From NCBI GenBank assembly GCA_965602015.1, contig OZ271918.1, positions 1,440,001-1,504,000 of the forward strand: a stretch of 64,000 bases of DNA, written 5' to 3'. Of this stretch, positions 30,355 to 41,071 are shown piece after piece. The notes beneath the pieces were generated by a model. It ran no database searches. It was given only the letters and a program-made list of their open reading frames with translations, and had not been told where the DNA came from. The stretch's first letter is position 1. Every line of letters starts with the position of its first letter. The position numbers were made by a program, and so were the translations under genes. This DNA is from Salinispira sp. (GTDB lineage: Bacteria; Spirochaetota; Spirochaetia; DSM-27196; Salinispiraceae).

Positions 30355-33300
30355 TTACTGGCTACCCGGCGAAAAATCCCGGGTAAACGTCAGTGTATGA
30401 TCAGTGACAAACAGGGTCTCCGGATTCTCCGGAGCAAAACTCCATGTGAGATTAAAAAACGGCGTTACCCAATCTAGGCTCAGCTCCGCATCAATCTCTA
30501 TTCCGACGAAATCATCGGAGGCGCGATCCACAGGATTCTGCTCCTGCAATTGAACCATCAGCTCCATGAAAACTTCATCACCGATATACCTGCCCATCAA
30601 CAGGGTGGTATTCTGCAGATACCGACCCAGGGTTATCGGACTGTTGCTATTTAAAGGGAAATCAGGGTCGGGGGTTACAATAACATCTTGCAGAAAATTC
30701 TGGAAGAGCCCCGTCCGAATCGAAAACAAGTCCAGAGCAAGCCGTTCTTTTATTTCCGTCTGGATATCACGGAACAGCCCGATTTGACCGATTATTTCGC
30801 TGCCGGATATAACCGCATCCACGATTTCTATCTGGTCGCCGCCGCCTCCCCCGATTATCTGCCCGCCGAGAAGGGCAATAATTTCCGGTTCCTGTTTAGA
30901 CGGTACAGAGGTGAAACGCGGTTGCAGTTGGGATAGCCGGTCTTCTTCTATATCGAGATAAATCCTGACCGGACCGTTTTCATCGCTGCTCAAGACCTCG
31001 GCATTTATGCTGAGCTGGGGATCGAAACTCTCAAGGCTTTCATTAAAACGCATATTGCCGTTATTGATGTAAAAATTCTGTTCAAAGTAAAAAATCTCAC
31101 CGCCCCGTATGGCGATATTTCCCGTAAGCGCCAGGGACTCCGGCGAGGTGAGGTAACGGATGTTTATGCTGTCTCCGGGCAGCGCTGCAGTCCGCAGGAT
31201 CGGGAAATTCCGGGTTGGCCAGAAGAATTCGACCCCCCGCCCTGATACCACGTTGAGATCAACCAGGGTGTCGAATTCGTCTTCCGCTGCCCTTTCCTCG
31301 GCCAGAGAAGAACTCAGGGTAATGCCCGTTGCTGTAGCCTCCAGGTCGCCGGTGACCCACAGGGCGGACTGGGTAAAACCGACACCGATCTCCACATTAC
31401 CTCGGGCGAATCCGTCGACGACAACCGAGTCAAAATCCGACTCCACCGGTATTGCGGCATCCCCCGTTGAAACCTGTAGAACTAAGGTATCGGGCAACCA
31501 CCTGTCCATGGACAGTGATCCCGAGAGCCGGGCGCTCCCGTCGGGTCCGGCGGAGACCATGGTCTCGGGTATAAAGAATTCCTTTCCCTCCAAAATGACG
31601 AAGGCGGTTTGACTCTCAAGGATTTCGGGGATTATTTCGACATACACTTGCAAATCCCTCACCATGAGTGTTCCGTAAAAATCCGGATCCACAATGCTGC
31701 CGGTTACCCGCAGCCCCCCGCTCCCCTGTCCGCCCAGGAACGCCACGTATTCATCCTGGGAGCTCATCCCCGTCGAAGAAAAAAGACGATCGAGGTCCAT
31801 GCTTACGGCAGCCAGATTAAGATCGATATTCGCGCCCTCCAGAAAACCGTCAGCGGTAAACCGTACCGGCAGGGGCGCGAGAAAGCTGGAAGTAAAGCTG
31901 CCGTCGGCGAAGAGGGTGCCGCTTACCGACTCGGGTGCATAATTCGGGCCTCCGTTGATAACCAAATTTCCGTCCCGCTCGCTGAGAGCCAACTGCCAGC
32001 GGCTGTCCTGCTGACCGCCCAGGGCCTGCAGTCTGATGTTCCCCGAGGCATTGGTCCAGAAGTCAGCCAGGCGAAGATCCCGGCCGATATCAGTCTGGAG
32101 CGCCTGGGGCAAAGCCGGCAGGCTGACGCTGGAAAAAAGCGCCTGCACAGGATTTTTAGCGCCCGAGGTGTCAGCCAGGAACACATCCCCCTGTACCTGA
32201 ACTTGACCGTCGCCCAGCCCGACGCTGCCCTGAACTTCCCGAAGGGCAATGCTCGAGAGTTCGATCAAGGCATTTTCTACCCTGAGCACATCCGATTCAT
32301 AGCCGCCCCGGGCAGTAATGATTATCTGGTCATTCTGGAAACGGGCATCTTCTGTATTGAGGCTGAAGTCGATAGCAGGTTCTTGCGGTCTACCGCGTAC
32401 AATAACATTGCCGTTGATCAGTCCGACAAGATCCGGATTTCCCATCCGTCGTGCGGGAAAGCGGCGGAGCGTAATCCTGACATCAAGGTCGCCCTGCTCG
32501 CTGCTACCCTCAAAAACGACTCGTTCGAGCTGATTCTCCAATCGAAGGCTCGCCTGCACGATCCCGGATTCAATACTCAACGCGCCGTTTCCCGCAACCG
32601 ATGAAATAAAATCCCGATATTCGGCATTGGTGATAATAATCCCGTCGGCAATACTGCCTTCGGCGTCGATTCTTGCACTTGATCGCCGCTGACCCTCGAG
32701 GGGGAAAATATCGAGCTCATCAACTGTCGAGCGAATAGCTATTCTGCTCGAAAGAATATCGTCATAGCGAAGATCTGCGGACATATTAGCTGCAACCCGG
32801 GCGTCTTCGCCAAGGTCCTGAATCGGCAACCCTCTGATGCTGGCTTGTAACTTTCCTCCGTCGTTGCCGCCGCGCAGAGTCGCCGCAGAATCATAATCGC
32901 CTTTGAGGGTAAATTCGCCTCTTTGTGGATACAAAACAGCCTGGGCACTATACGGAAAACCGTTTATTTCGCTTCGAATTTCCAGGGGCACCTGGCCCCT
33001 TCGGCTAAAGTCTCCTGAAACGCCGAACCTGAGGCTTTGTCCCAAGTAATTGATGCTCAGATTGGGAATTTGAAGGACGCTGTCTTTGAATCCTCCGCTC
33101 ACGGCGAGAATTTCCTGACCAGCGCCGCCCAACGTTAATCCGGATGCCTGTATCTGGAACGCAGGGTCGTTTGGCAGATCGCTGATCTCGGCAGTAAATG
33201 AACCGTTAATTGCCGAGGCATTGAGATCTTCGGGCAGGTCAAGGTTGGAGAAGTCGTTTCCGCTGAGTACCGCGAAGGCTTGGATAGCGGAGCGGAGCTG

Positions 33301-34785
33301 CATCTCCTCAATCCTGGCTGAAATTCGCAGGTTTTCCGGAATAGAAGGCAGGTCTCCGGTAAAATCCGCTTCAAGATTTACCTGCCCGGCTTCATCGGGC
33401 AATCCGGTGCGCACAAGGGCAGTGCCTCCGGACTCTTTAAGATTTACCAAGATCTGGCTGTCTGCAAGACTCAGCGATGATATCGATGGCCCTTGCAGGT
33501 TTATCTCGATTGTATCATTACGGTAGGTTCCGCTACCGGAGATATCAAACTGGGGTATGGCTGCTATGCTCCGGTTAACGGCCATACCGCGTACCGAGAG
33601 ATCATTCTGATCGAGATGATATTCACCGTTAACTGACAGTAAATCGCCCCTATCGCTTCGCATCTCCAACTGTTCCACTGTCAAAACAGAATCACTCAAG
33701 GCGAACTGTGCCTGTACCCGTGCACTCTGATCAAGCACGGGTAGCCAGCCCGAAGAATCAAGCCAACCCTCTCCGCGCAGCGGACGGAACTGATTATCAA
33801 AACTTAGTTCCAATCCCGCAGAAATGAGCGAGTTCAGCAATCGGTTATAATCACTGCCGGCCTGTTCGAGACGAAGAATGGCAGATGGCGACCATTCGGC
33901 CGCAGAGAATCGAAGTCGGGTTTCCTGGAGGGCAGAGCGGTATTCAAGTTCAAGCACAAAGGGCTGCCTACCCTCGAGGGAGCGGAACAGCAGGCGATCG
34001 CTGTCAAGGGAAAGATAGAAATCAAGCGGAGACAGGACAAAACGATCGGAGCGAAGAGTGGATGTGGAAATATACAGCTGAAACACACTGCTCTCGAAAA
34101 CATCTGAGAAGCTTCCGGTCTGTCCGATAAGCAGTTCTCCCTGTATGTCCGAACTGCCGGAGATTTCCCGAAATGGAGGATTTAAAGCTTCATCTTCAAA
34201 AATAAGTTCGCTGATATTTTCAATCTGGACGGCCAATGAATCCCCGGAATACGATAGTTCACCCCGGGGTACCAGGCTGCGCGCAAGCCACTGTCCTGCG
34301 GGATCCCGATACTCAATCCGATAGTTTCTCAGGAGGATCCGCAACTCGGTGGAAAGCTCTGACAACAGCTCCCACGGATCTGATGGGCGCTGCGAATCGC
34401 CGGCCGGTGAAATGAGTTGATGAAGGTACATCACGCCGCCTCTGAGCTCTACCAGCCGCGGCGCGGCCAGAGGCTGGCCACGGAGGACTGCCCGGATATC
34501 ATAGCGGAAAATAAGCCGGTCTATTGTCAGGAGGGTCTGATCCTCGTCGTCGTAGAGCCTGAGGTTGCGCAGTTCGATATAGCTGAAAATTGACGGATGG
34601 ATGGATGAAAAGCGGATATTATTACCCAGGCTCTGTTCCAGAACGTCAATGAGCTCGTTTTTGAGATTAAGCACCTGCTCGCTTAATTCACGCTGAAGAG
34701 GAAAAAACACCAGCAACGTTATTGCGATTAACAGTGTGACGGTAATAATCTGTAGCACCGCAATCAGGCGGTAGGCGGAGTTCAC
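30355..34785 (-). CDS. tamB: TamB-like translocation/assembly module protein
   Basis: ~1475 aa, N-terminal TM anchor, beta-rich repeats, DUF490-like C-terminus (GNMRFNE..FDPQL, FTSVPSKQEPEI); probable GTG 34785 after GAGG; upstream of bamA. Confidence 0.85.
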   Translation of the reverse strand: MNSAYRLIAVLQIITVTLLIAITLLVFFPLQRELSEQVLNLKNELIDVLEQSLGNNIRFSSIHPSIFSYIELRNLRLYDDEDQTLLTIDRLIFRYDIRAVLRGQPLAAPRLVELRGGVMYLHQLISPAGDSQRPSDPWELLSELSTELRILLRNYRIEYRDPAGQWLARSLVPRGELSYSGDSLAVQIENISELIFEDEALNPPFREISGSSDIQGELLIGQTGSFSDVFESSVFQLYISTSTLRSDRFVLSPLDFYLSLDSDRLLFRSLEGRQPFVLELEYRSALQETRLRFSAAEWSPSAILRLEQAGSDYNRLLNSLISAGLELSFDNQFRPLRGEGWLDSSGWLPVLDQSARVQAQFALSDSVLTVEQLEMRSDRGDLLSVNGEYHLDQNDLSVRGMAVNRSIAAIPQFDISGSGTYRNDTIEINLQGPSISSLSLADSQILVNLKESGGTALVRTGLPDEAGQVNLEADFTGDLPSIPENLRISARIEEMQLRSAIQAFAVLSGNDFSNLDLPEDLNASAINGSFTAEISDLPNDPAFQIQASGLTLGGAGQEILAVSGGFKDSVLQIPNLSINYLGQSLRFGVSGDFSRRGQVPLEIRSEINGFPYSAQAVLYPQRGEFTLKGDYDSAATLRGGNDGGKLQASIRGLPIQDLGEDARVAANMSADLRYDDILSSRIAIRSTVDELDIFPLEGQRRSSARIDAEGSIADGIIITNAEYRDFISSVAGNGALSIESGIVQASLRLENQLERVVFEGSSEQGDLDVRITLRRFPARRMGNPDLVGLINGNVIVRGRPQEPAIDFSLNTEDARFQNDQIIITARGGYESDVLRVENALIELSSIALREVQGSVGLGDGQVQVQGDVFLADTSGAKNPVQALFSSVSLPALPQALQTDIGRDLRLADFWTNASGNIRLQALGGQQDSRWQLALSERDGNLVINGGPNYAPESVSGTLFADGSFTSSFLAPLPVRFTADGFLEGANIDLNLAAVSMDLDRLFSSTGMSSQDEYVAFLGGQGSGGLRVTGSIVDPDFYGTLMVRDLQVYVEIIPEILESQTAFVILEGKEFFIPETMVSAGPDGSARLSGSLSMDRWLPDTLVLQVSTGDAAIPVESDFDSVVVDGFARGNVEIGVGFTQSALWVTGDLEATATGITLSSSLAEERAAEDEFDTLVDLNVVSGRGVEFFWPTRNFPILRTAALPGDSINIRYLTSPESLALTGNIAIRGGEIFYFEQNFYINNGNMRFNESLESFDPQLSINAEVLSSDENGPVRIYLDIEEDRLSQLQPRFTSVPSKQEPEIIALLGGQIIGGGGGDQIEIVDAVISGSEIIGQIGLFRDIQTEIKERLALDLFSIRTGLFQNFLQDVIVTPDPDFPLNSNSPITLGRYLQNTTLLMGRYIGDEVFMELMVQLQEQNPVDRASDDFVGIEIDAELSLDWVTPFFNLTWSFAPENPETLFVTDHTLTFTRDFSPGSQ

Positions 34786-34868
34786 CGAAAAATACCTCGT
34801 TGATGAGCCGGACGTTTTTAAATTATAACTGTAGCACAGCCCTACACAAAATAAAAAGGCGGCTATCA

Positions 34869-35504
34869 TTGTTTAGTAACAGCCAAATTCTTCCCGGTTT
34901 AATTGTGTTCGAAGGTCTCGACGGCTCGGGAACCACGACACAGCTTTCCTTACTGAAAGATCGTCTCAAGGACAACGGCATACCCCATCATTTGACCTTC
35001 GAACCCAGCGAATCGGCTGTCGGTCTGCTTATTCGTCGTATACTTTCCGGTGAACTAAACTATACCAGGAAAACCCTGGCACGCCTGTTTGCGGCTGACA
35101 GGGAAGAGCACCTTTTTGGCGCCGGGGGCATGCTTGAACGAAGCCGGGCGGGAGAATTGGTTATCTGCGACCGCTACATTCTTTCATCTCTTGCATATCA
35201 GGGGAATGAGCTGGGATTAGAGACCGTATGGGAGTACAACAAAACGTTTCCCCTGCCGGAAATCCTGATTTTTCTCGATGTTCAACCGGAAGACGGCCAT
35301 CGACGGTATTCGAACAGAGAACGGCTGGAGATATATGAAAAGCTTGATCTACAGTCGCAGATCAGACAGCGTTACTTTGGATTTTTTGAGTCGGTTAAAA
35401 AAAGCGGAGTGGATCTTTATATCATTGATTCTACCCGGGAAATATCGGAAATTGCCGCGGATATATGGAGAATCATCTCCCAGCATCCGATAAGTAAAGG
35501 GTGA
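34869..35504 (+). CDS. tmk: Thymidylate kinase
   Basis: VFEGLDGSGTTTQ, TFEP, LFAADREEH, ICDRYILSSLAYQ; start uncertain (TTG 34869 chosen). Confidence 0.93.
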   Translation: MFSNSQILPGLIVFEGLDGSGTTTQLSLLKDRLKDNGIPHHLTFEPSESAVGLLIRRILSGELNYTRKTLARLFAADREEHLFGAGGMLERSRAGELVICDRYILSSLAYQGNELGLETVWEYNKTFPLPEILIFLDVQPEDGHRRYSNRERLEIYEKLDLQSQIRQRYFGFFESVKKSGVDLYIIDSTREISEIAADIWRIISQHPISKG

Positions 35505-36109
35505 AAACCCGTTGCCGTTATATACTATTTGTCATGCTCGTTGCCGTGATGCCCATGCAGCTGCATTCATATCGCCTTATTTATCGTGAGCAGCTGTACG
35601 AGCTTCATCACCGGCAGCTCTATAATTACCCATTAGATATAGCGGAGAACATACACTGGCTGGAAACCGCATTGCGTGCGGATTTCGCAAACCCCCTCAA
35701 CGCCCTGGCACGAATAGAAAACGAGCGCGAATGGGCAAAGTACCGCGATCTGTTCACCATGCATATCAATCTAAAACTGGCGGAATTGTACCTTCTATGG
35801 GCACGGGGTTATTACAAGTTCGACGCGTACTTTTATAACTATCCCTGGAGAGACCAGAATCTGGATAGCCTGGAAACCTCGGAGGAACTCATGGGCTGGG
35901 CCCTGCTCTATTGGGAAGAAGCTCTGCGCTATGCCGATGCCGCAGGTCAGTATACCTGGCTGTATCTCGAGGAGGTACAGTTTTGGGAAGATGAACTGTT
36001 CAGAATACAAAACGGCGAGCTGGATTACCGGCAGATCATCGGCCGGCATCTGGAGCGTCTCAATCAGGTTCGCGCAGAATTTGAAGCGATGGACGAGGGC
36101 ACGTATTAG
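35501..36109 (+). CDS. Exported conserved hypothetical protein
   Basis: GTG overlapping tmk stop; signal-peptide-like N-terminus; aromatic-rich helical body. Confidence 0.75.
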   Translation: MKTRCRYILFVMLVAVMPMQLHSYRLIYREQLYELHHRQLYNYPLDIAENIHWLETALRADFANPLNALARIENEREWAKYRDLFTMHINLKLAELYLLWARGYYKFDAYFYNYPWRDQNLDSLETSEELMGWALLYWEEALRYADAAGQYTWLYLEEVQFWEDELFRIQNGELDYRQIIGRHLERLNQVRAEFEAMDEGTY

Positions 36110-36180
36110 CTGCTCTATTGTTACCTACATTCCTTCAACACCCAGCTGTGGCACGGTGCTCAGCCTAAAAAAACCACACT

Positions 36181-37236
36181 TCAAAGTAGCAGTGTGGCAT
36201 CCCCATAGCTGAAGAAGCGGTAACGCTGCTGAACGGCTTCCCGATACACCGATAAAATATTTTCCTTTCCGGCAAATGCGCTGACCAGCATCAGGAGGGT
36301 TGATTCCGGGGTGTGGAAGTTTGTCATGAGGTGATCGACAACTGAAAATGTAAAACCGGGATAAATAAAAATATCTGTGCTGTCTCTTCCAGGCCTCAGT
36401 CGACGGCTTTTATGATCCCAGGCGGCTTCCAGGGTTCGGACACTGGTGGTACCCACGGCAAGCACCGGTTTCCCCGCAGCCTTATGGCTGTTGATTAAAT
36501 CTGCGGTTTCACCGCTGACCTCGTACTCCTCGCGGTGCATCTCATGCTCTTCCACATCGTCTACCCTGACGGGCAAAAATGTTCCAAGGCCCACGTGCAG
36601 GGTCAAGGTGCAGCGCTTTATGCCCCGGCGGTCCATATCGTCTAGAATTGCAGGGGTGATGTGCAGCCCCGCGGTGGGAGCAGCCACCGATCCGGTTTTC
36701 TGTGCATACACCGTCTGATACCTGCTCTCATCGCTTTCCCTGTCCTCGCGATGAATATAGGGGGGAAGCGGAACATGACCGATGGCATGAAAATCTTCTT
36801 CCGATATTTCCCGGTTTAAATGCAGGATTTTTAATGCGCCGTCGGTATCGCTGATTTCGCCGGTGATGCCCCGCGGGAAGGTATAAATTCTTCCGGGTTT
36901 CTGTTTTTTCGCCTTGCTGACCATAACCCTCCACACTGATGAGGGGTGGTCCTGGGGAAGACTCTCATGAAATTTGTCCAGCGGTTGGAGGAAAAGAAAT
37001 TCAACCCGGGAGCCCGTGTTGCTTTCCCCGTAAACCCTGGCTTTTCGCACCTTGGTGTCATTAAAGACCATGAGGGCTTCGTCGGGAATATATTTCGTGA
37101 GCTCACCGACATTACTGTGAATTATCTGATTTCCCTTGCGTTTATATACCAAAAGTCTGCTGGTACCCCGCTCTTCGCTTGGCTCTTGGGCGATCAGTTC
37201 CTCAGGAAGGTCAAAATAAAAGTCGCTGGTCTTCAT
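36181..37236 (-). CDS. queA: SAM:tRNA ribosyltransferase-isomerase
   Basis: DLPEELIAQEP, GHVPLPPYI, RYQTVYA, SVAAPTAGLH, TLHVGLGTF, YRFFSYGDA. Confidence 0.98.
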   Translation of the reverse strand: MKTSDFYFDLPEELIAQEPSEERGTSRLLVYKRKGNQIIHSNVGELTKYIPDEALMVFNDTKVRKARVYGESNTGSRVEFLFLQPLDKFHESLPQDHPSSVWRVMVSKAKKQKPGRIYTFPRGITGEISDTDGALKILHLNREISEEDFHAIGHVPLPPYIHREDRESDESRYQTVYAQKTGSVAAPTAGLHITPAILDDMDRRGIKRCTLTLHVGLGTFLPVRVDDVEEHEMHREEYEVSGETADLINSHKAAGKPVLAVGTTSVRTLEAAWDHKSRRLRPGRDSTDIFIYPGFTFSVVDHLMTNFHTPESTLLMLVSAFAGKENILSVYREAVQQRYRFFSYGDATLLL

Positions 37237-38254
37237 TACTGTCCTCTGTATTACTGTTTTCTACTGGAATGGCGATTCCGAGATGCCGGTATGCCCTGTG
37301 TGTTACTGTCCGCCCCCGCGGAGTCCGCATGAGAAATCCCTGCTGTATCAGATAGGGTTCATGGAAATCTTCCAGGGTATCCACCGACTCCCCTATGGAA
37401 ATCGCAAGGGTCTCGGCGCCGACCGGTCCGCCCCGGTAATGTTCGATAATATTCCTCAGTATTTCCCGGTCCTGATGTTCAAGCCCGACGTGGTCGATTT
37501 TTAATCGCTTCAACCCGCTTTCGGCGATGGATTTTGATATTCGCCCGTCACCGAGCACATCTGCGAAATCACGCATTCGCCGGAGAATGCGGTTTGCAAT
37601 GCGGGGGGTACCCCGGCTGCAGCGGGAAAGAAGCTCAATTGCCGGTTCATCAACCGCAATACTCAGAATATCTGCCGAACGGCGGATGACCGAAGCCAAC
37701 TCTTCGCTGTTATACAGCTCTATCCGCACATCGATTCCAAATCGGCTGTACAAAGGCGCAGCGACCTTCCCGGCCTTGGTTGTGGCTCCCACCAGAGTGA
37801 ATGCAGGCAGGGGAATCCTCACATTCCTTGCACCGGGACCCTGTCCGATAACCCAGTCCAGCTCCCGGTCTTCCATGGCGATGTACAGCATTTCCTCAAT
37901 AACAGGTTTGAGACGGTGAATTTCATCAATGAAAAACACCGCTCCGTCTTCCAGGGTCGTGAGCATGCCGGCAAGGTCCTTGGGCTTATCGAGAACCGGC
38001 GCAGAGGTCACCTTGAAATCAACCCCCAGCTCCTGGGCGATAATACCCGCCAGCGTCGTTTTTCCCAATCCCGGCGGACCTGAGAGGAACAGATGATCCA
38101 GGGATTCATCTCTTTTCTTTGCCGCGCTGATAAAAATACCAAGGTTTTCTTTAATGGCTCCCTGACCCTGAAAATCCGTAAGACGGCGGGGTCGCAGGGT
38201 ATTTTCAAACTTCCGTTCTTCAGTCATCGCGTTGGAATCAAGTGAAAAATCCAT
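37211..38254 (-). CDS. ruvB: Holliday junction DNA helicase RuvB
   Basis: LRP, GPPGLGKTTLA, FIDEIHRL, SRGTPRIANR, EPYLIQQGFLMRTPRGR. Confidence 0.99.
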   Translation of the reverse strand: MDFSLDSNAMTEERKFENTLRPRRLTDFQGQGAIKENLGIFISAAKKRDESLDHLFLSGPPGLGKTTLAGIIAQELGVDFKVTSAPVLDKPKDLAGMLTTLEDGAVFFIDEIHRLKPVIEEMLYIAMEDRELDWVIGQGPGARNVRIPLPAFTLVGATTKAGKVAAPLYSRFGIDVRIELYNSEELASVIRRSADILSIAVDEPAIELLSRCSRGTPRIANRILRRMRDFADVLGDGRISKSIAESGLKRLKIDHVGLEHQDREILRNIIEHYRGGPVGAETLAISIGESVDTLEDFHEPYLIQQGFLMRTPRGRTVTHRAYRHLGIAIPVENSNTEDSNEDQRLLF

Positions 38255-38342
38255 TAGTTCAGCCTCGGTTGAGTCTTTTCTGAGCGGGAAGTCTGATTGG
38301 GATAAAATACTACTGTCAAAATCATGAGTTCAACACCATATA

Positions 38343-38960
38343 TCAACTCAGGGCAACGATTGCCCTTCTAAGCAGTTCACCTTCACCGGGCTGCTCGGCG
38401 GCGCCTTCCTTTCGCAATCGGGATACCGCCGCCTGACTGTCCTTTCGGTCGAAGCCCATCTGAACAAGGGCGTCGACAAGGGAATCGGACTCAGGCTCTA
38501 TGGATTTCCGGTGATCCGGCATACCCGCATACTCAGCTTCAAAGCTTTTCCCGACCTCATCCTTGAGAGTGAGAATGAGTTTTTTTGCCCCTTTTGCGCC
38601 GATGCCAGGAAGGGAGGTGAGAAATGATTCATCCTCGGCAATTATTGCACCGGATAGATCTCCCGGAGAGGCGGCGCTCAATAGCTTGATACTCTGTTTC
38701 GGGCCGACTCCATTGACCTTGATTAGAAGGCTAAAAAAACGGCGTTCATCCAGGTCGATAAATCCATAAAGATTCATGGCATCTTCGCGGTGATGCAGGT
38801 GGGTAAAAAGCGATACCTCACCCTCCGGCTCGATTGTTTTTCCGAGGGTCTGGGCAGTTCGAGCGCTAATCTCGAGTTCCCAGCTGATTCCCGAACGGTC
38901 TTCGATGACCGCAGAGTTTTCCCTCACCTGTATTAATCTGCCCTTTATGGAATACATCAT
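38343..38960 (-). CDS. ruvA: Holliday junction branch migration protein RuvA
   Basis: REDAMNLYGF, VNGVGPK, LPGIGAKGA, ALVQMGF; ATG 38960 overlaps ruvC stop. Confidence 0.96.
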   Translation of the reverse strand: MMYSIKGRLIQVRENSAVIEDRSGISWELEISARTAQTLGKTIEPEGEVSLFTHLHHREDAMNLYGFIDLDERRFFSLLIKVNGVGPKQSIKLLSAASPGDLSGAIIAEDESFLTSLPGIGAKGAKKLILTLKDEVGKSFEAEYAGMPDHRKSIEPESDSLVDALVQMGFDRKDSQAAVSRLRKEGAAEQPGEGELLRRAIVALS

Positions 38961-39451
38961 TGCCTGAACACCTCGGACGCCTCCTGCCACAGGCAATACG
39001 CCGCCGCCAAGGCGTCTGCCGCGTGATCGCTATCGGGAATTTCTTTCAGACCGAGCAGAAGCCGTATCATTTCCTGTACCTGACGTTTTTCAGCCCGCCC
39101 CACCCCGGTGATCCGCTGTTTAATCTGGGGCGGACTAAGATCCACAACGGGAATGTCCAGCTGAGCACAGGCAAGAAGAATTGCGCCTCTGGCCTGAGCC
39201 ACCGGGATTGCCGAAGCGATATTCTTGGCAAAGTAAATGCTCTCTACTCCCGCATAGACGGGCTTGTACTTTTTAAGAATCTCAGAAACCGAAGAATGTA
39301 AATGCTTGATCCGATATGCGTCGCTTTCGGAGGTCGATGTGGTTATGACTCCATGAGAAAGATGGCGGGCTGATGAACCGTCGATTCGGATAATTCCGAA
39401 TCCGCTTGATGCAAGGCCCGGATCGAAACCTGCAAGTACCCGTGAACTCAT
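38957..39451 (-). CDS. ruvC: Crossover junction endodeoxyribonuclease RuvC
   Basis: GFDPGL, VESIYFAKN, AQARG, GRAEKRQV, DHAADALA. Confidence 0.96.
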   Translation of the reverse strand: MSSRVLAGFDPGLASSGFGIIRIDGSSARHLSHGVITTSTSESDAYRIKHLHSSVSEILKKYKPVYAGVESIYFAKNIASAIPVAQARGAILLACAQLDIPVVDLSPPQIKQRITGVGRAEKRQVQEMIRLLLGLKEIPDSDHAADALAAAYCLWQEASEVFRQ

Positions 39452-39463
39452 TACCGTGTTCTG

Positions 39464-40207
39464 CTATTCTTCGGGATCGAAGTCGTCGGGAATCTCAAGA
39501 TTCGAGCTGACGCTCTGCACATCATCGTTATCATCGAGGGTTTCAAGTAGCTTCAGGACTTTACGGGTACCATCGGCATCTAACTCAATATTGGTATCGG
39601 CAATGAGGGTGACTTCAGAGGATTGGCTCTCGAATCCCTTCTCCTTCAGACTGTCCATTACCGCTTCAAAACCCTCCGGGGAGGTTATGACTTCCAGGGT
39701 TTCTCCCTCAAGTGAAACATCTTCCGCACCGGCTTCCAATGCCGCCTCAAACAGTGATTCCTCATTGGTACTCTCGGCGGCGAAGCTGAGAATTCCCTTG
39801 CGGTTGAACATATATGAAACGCATCCTGTCTCTCCGAGGTTACCTCCCGCCTTGCTGAAAATTGAACGCACATCGGCAGCGGTGCGATTTTTATTATCGG
39901 TGAGGGTTTCCACGATTATTGCAACGCCGCCGGGACCGTAGCCCTCGTACACGTTTTCAAAGTAATCGGTACCGCCCAATTCACCAATGCCCTTTTTTAT
40001 CGCCCGTTCAATGTTGTCCTTGGGCATATTGGCTCCACGGGCTTTGATGACCGCCGATCGAAGCCTCGGATTGGAATCAATTTCACCGCCGCCGAGTTTT
40101 GCAGCGACAGAAATTTCCTTGATCAATTTGGTGAATATTTTACCGCGCTTGGCATCCGCCGCGCCTTTTTTGTGCTTAATCGTTGACCATTTACTGTGAC
40201 CGGACAT
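39464..40207 (-). CDS. yebC: YebC/PmpR family protein
   Basis: [41 protein letters not shown]. Confidence 0.97.
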   Translation of the reverse strand: MSGHSKWSTIKHKKGAADAKRGKIFTKLIKEISVAAKLGGGEIDSNPRLRSAVIKARGANMPKDNIERAIKKGIGELGGTDYFENVYEGYGPGGVAIIVETLTDNKNRTAADVRSIFSKAGGNLGETGCVSYMFNRKGILSFAAESTNEESLFEAALEAGAEDVSLEGETLEVITSPEGFEAVMDSLKEKGFESQSSEVTLIADTNIELDADGTRKVLKLLETLDDNDDVQSVSSNLEIPDDFDPEE

Positions 40208-40270
40208 TACCGCTCCTTGATTCTAAAAAATATGGAAGTATTATAGGCAATCTAACATATATCATTGTCA

Positions 40271-40987
40271 TTAATCAGGCCCGCTGAACGTTCCGCCCAC
40301 GCGCCCAAGCAGCGCATCTGCTGAAATGAGACCGAAGTCGGCTGATCCCAGAGCCTCAGCGCGGTTGTCGGGCATCACAAAGAGCATGTCCGGCGGTACC
40401 GTGACTGTCGAAGTGAAGTAGTTTTTAAGCAGGTCAGGATTGAGCATGATTTCATCCGGGAGAACCAGATCATAGGAATCCTGAGCCAGCAGTGCTTCCT
40501 CAATAAAATCACCGGTCCCGTTTACCGCCACATAGGCCTGACCGGCATTGACATAGACTTTGTCACCGGGAAGAGCGATAACCCTTCGAATGATAAGGCC
40601 GGTCCTCCAGTCGGCGGGACCGGCGCCCGGCCATGGCCGATTCAGGGTGAAAAAACTCCACACATCACTGAGAATGGGGATGTGTCGAATGTTGGCATAC
40701 TCGGCCATATAAAGCACCACATCGCCCCGCTCTGGAGAAGAAAATGCCGGAAGTTGAACATCCGTAAACGGGAGGGTCATTCCGTAGGGAATTTTTACTA
40801 TCAGAGCGGCCTCATCGCGATAGAATGTGGGCTCCATGCTGCGGCTGCCGATAAGAGCGCTGGAAACCAGCAAACTGGTCACGACCTCGTATAAAAGAAA
40901 CAACGAGGCAATCACGGCGAGAAGGTATCGAAGCAACTGAATATAGAGGGGACGATGCTTGTATTGGGTAACCTTGCGTTTGGCCAT
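40271..40987 (-). CDS. lepB: Signal peptidase I homologue (atypical active site)
   Basis: TM helix, SRSMEPT box B, ERGDVV, RRVIALPGD, PDNR; catalytic Lys position is Arg. Confidence 0.8.
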   Translation of the reverse strand: MAKRKVTQYKHRPLYIQLLRYLLAVIASLFLLYEVVTSLLVSSALIGSRSMEPTFYRDEAALIVKIPYGMTLPFTDVQLPAFSSPERGDVVLYMAEYANIRHIPILSDVWSFFTLNRPWPGAGPADWRTGLIIRRVIALPGDKVYVNAGQAYVAVNGTGDFIEEALLAQDSYDLVLPDEIMLNPDLLKNYFTSTVTVPPDMLFVMPDNRAEALGSADFGLISADALLGRVGGTFSGPD

Positions 40988-41019
40988 GTCCGGTCGAATG
41001 TAGCACGCGAAAAACTCAA

Positions 41020-41048
41020 TTGACAAGTGAATACTCAGCGCCTACAAT
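41020..41048 (+). promoter_or_regulatory. Sigma70 promoter for smpB
   Basis: TTGACA-17 nt-TACAAT. Confidence 0.8.
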
Positions 41049-41071
41049 CGCCAGTCTACCAAGGGGATATC

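Noticed and set aside
27175..34785. tamB next to bamA with no tamA
   Set aside because: Established spirochaete arrangement (as in Borrelia), not novel
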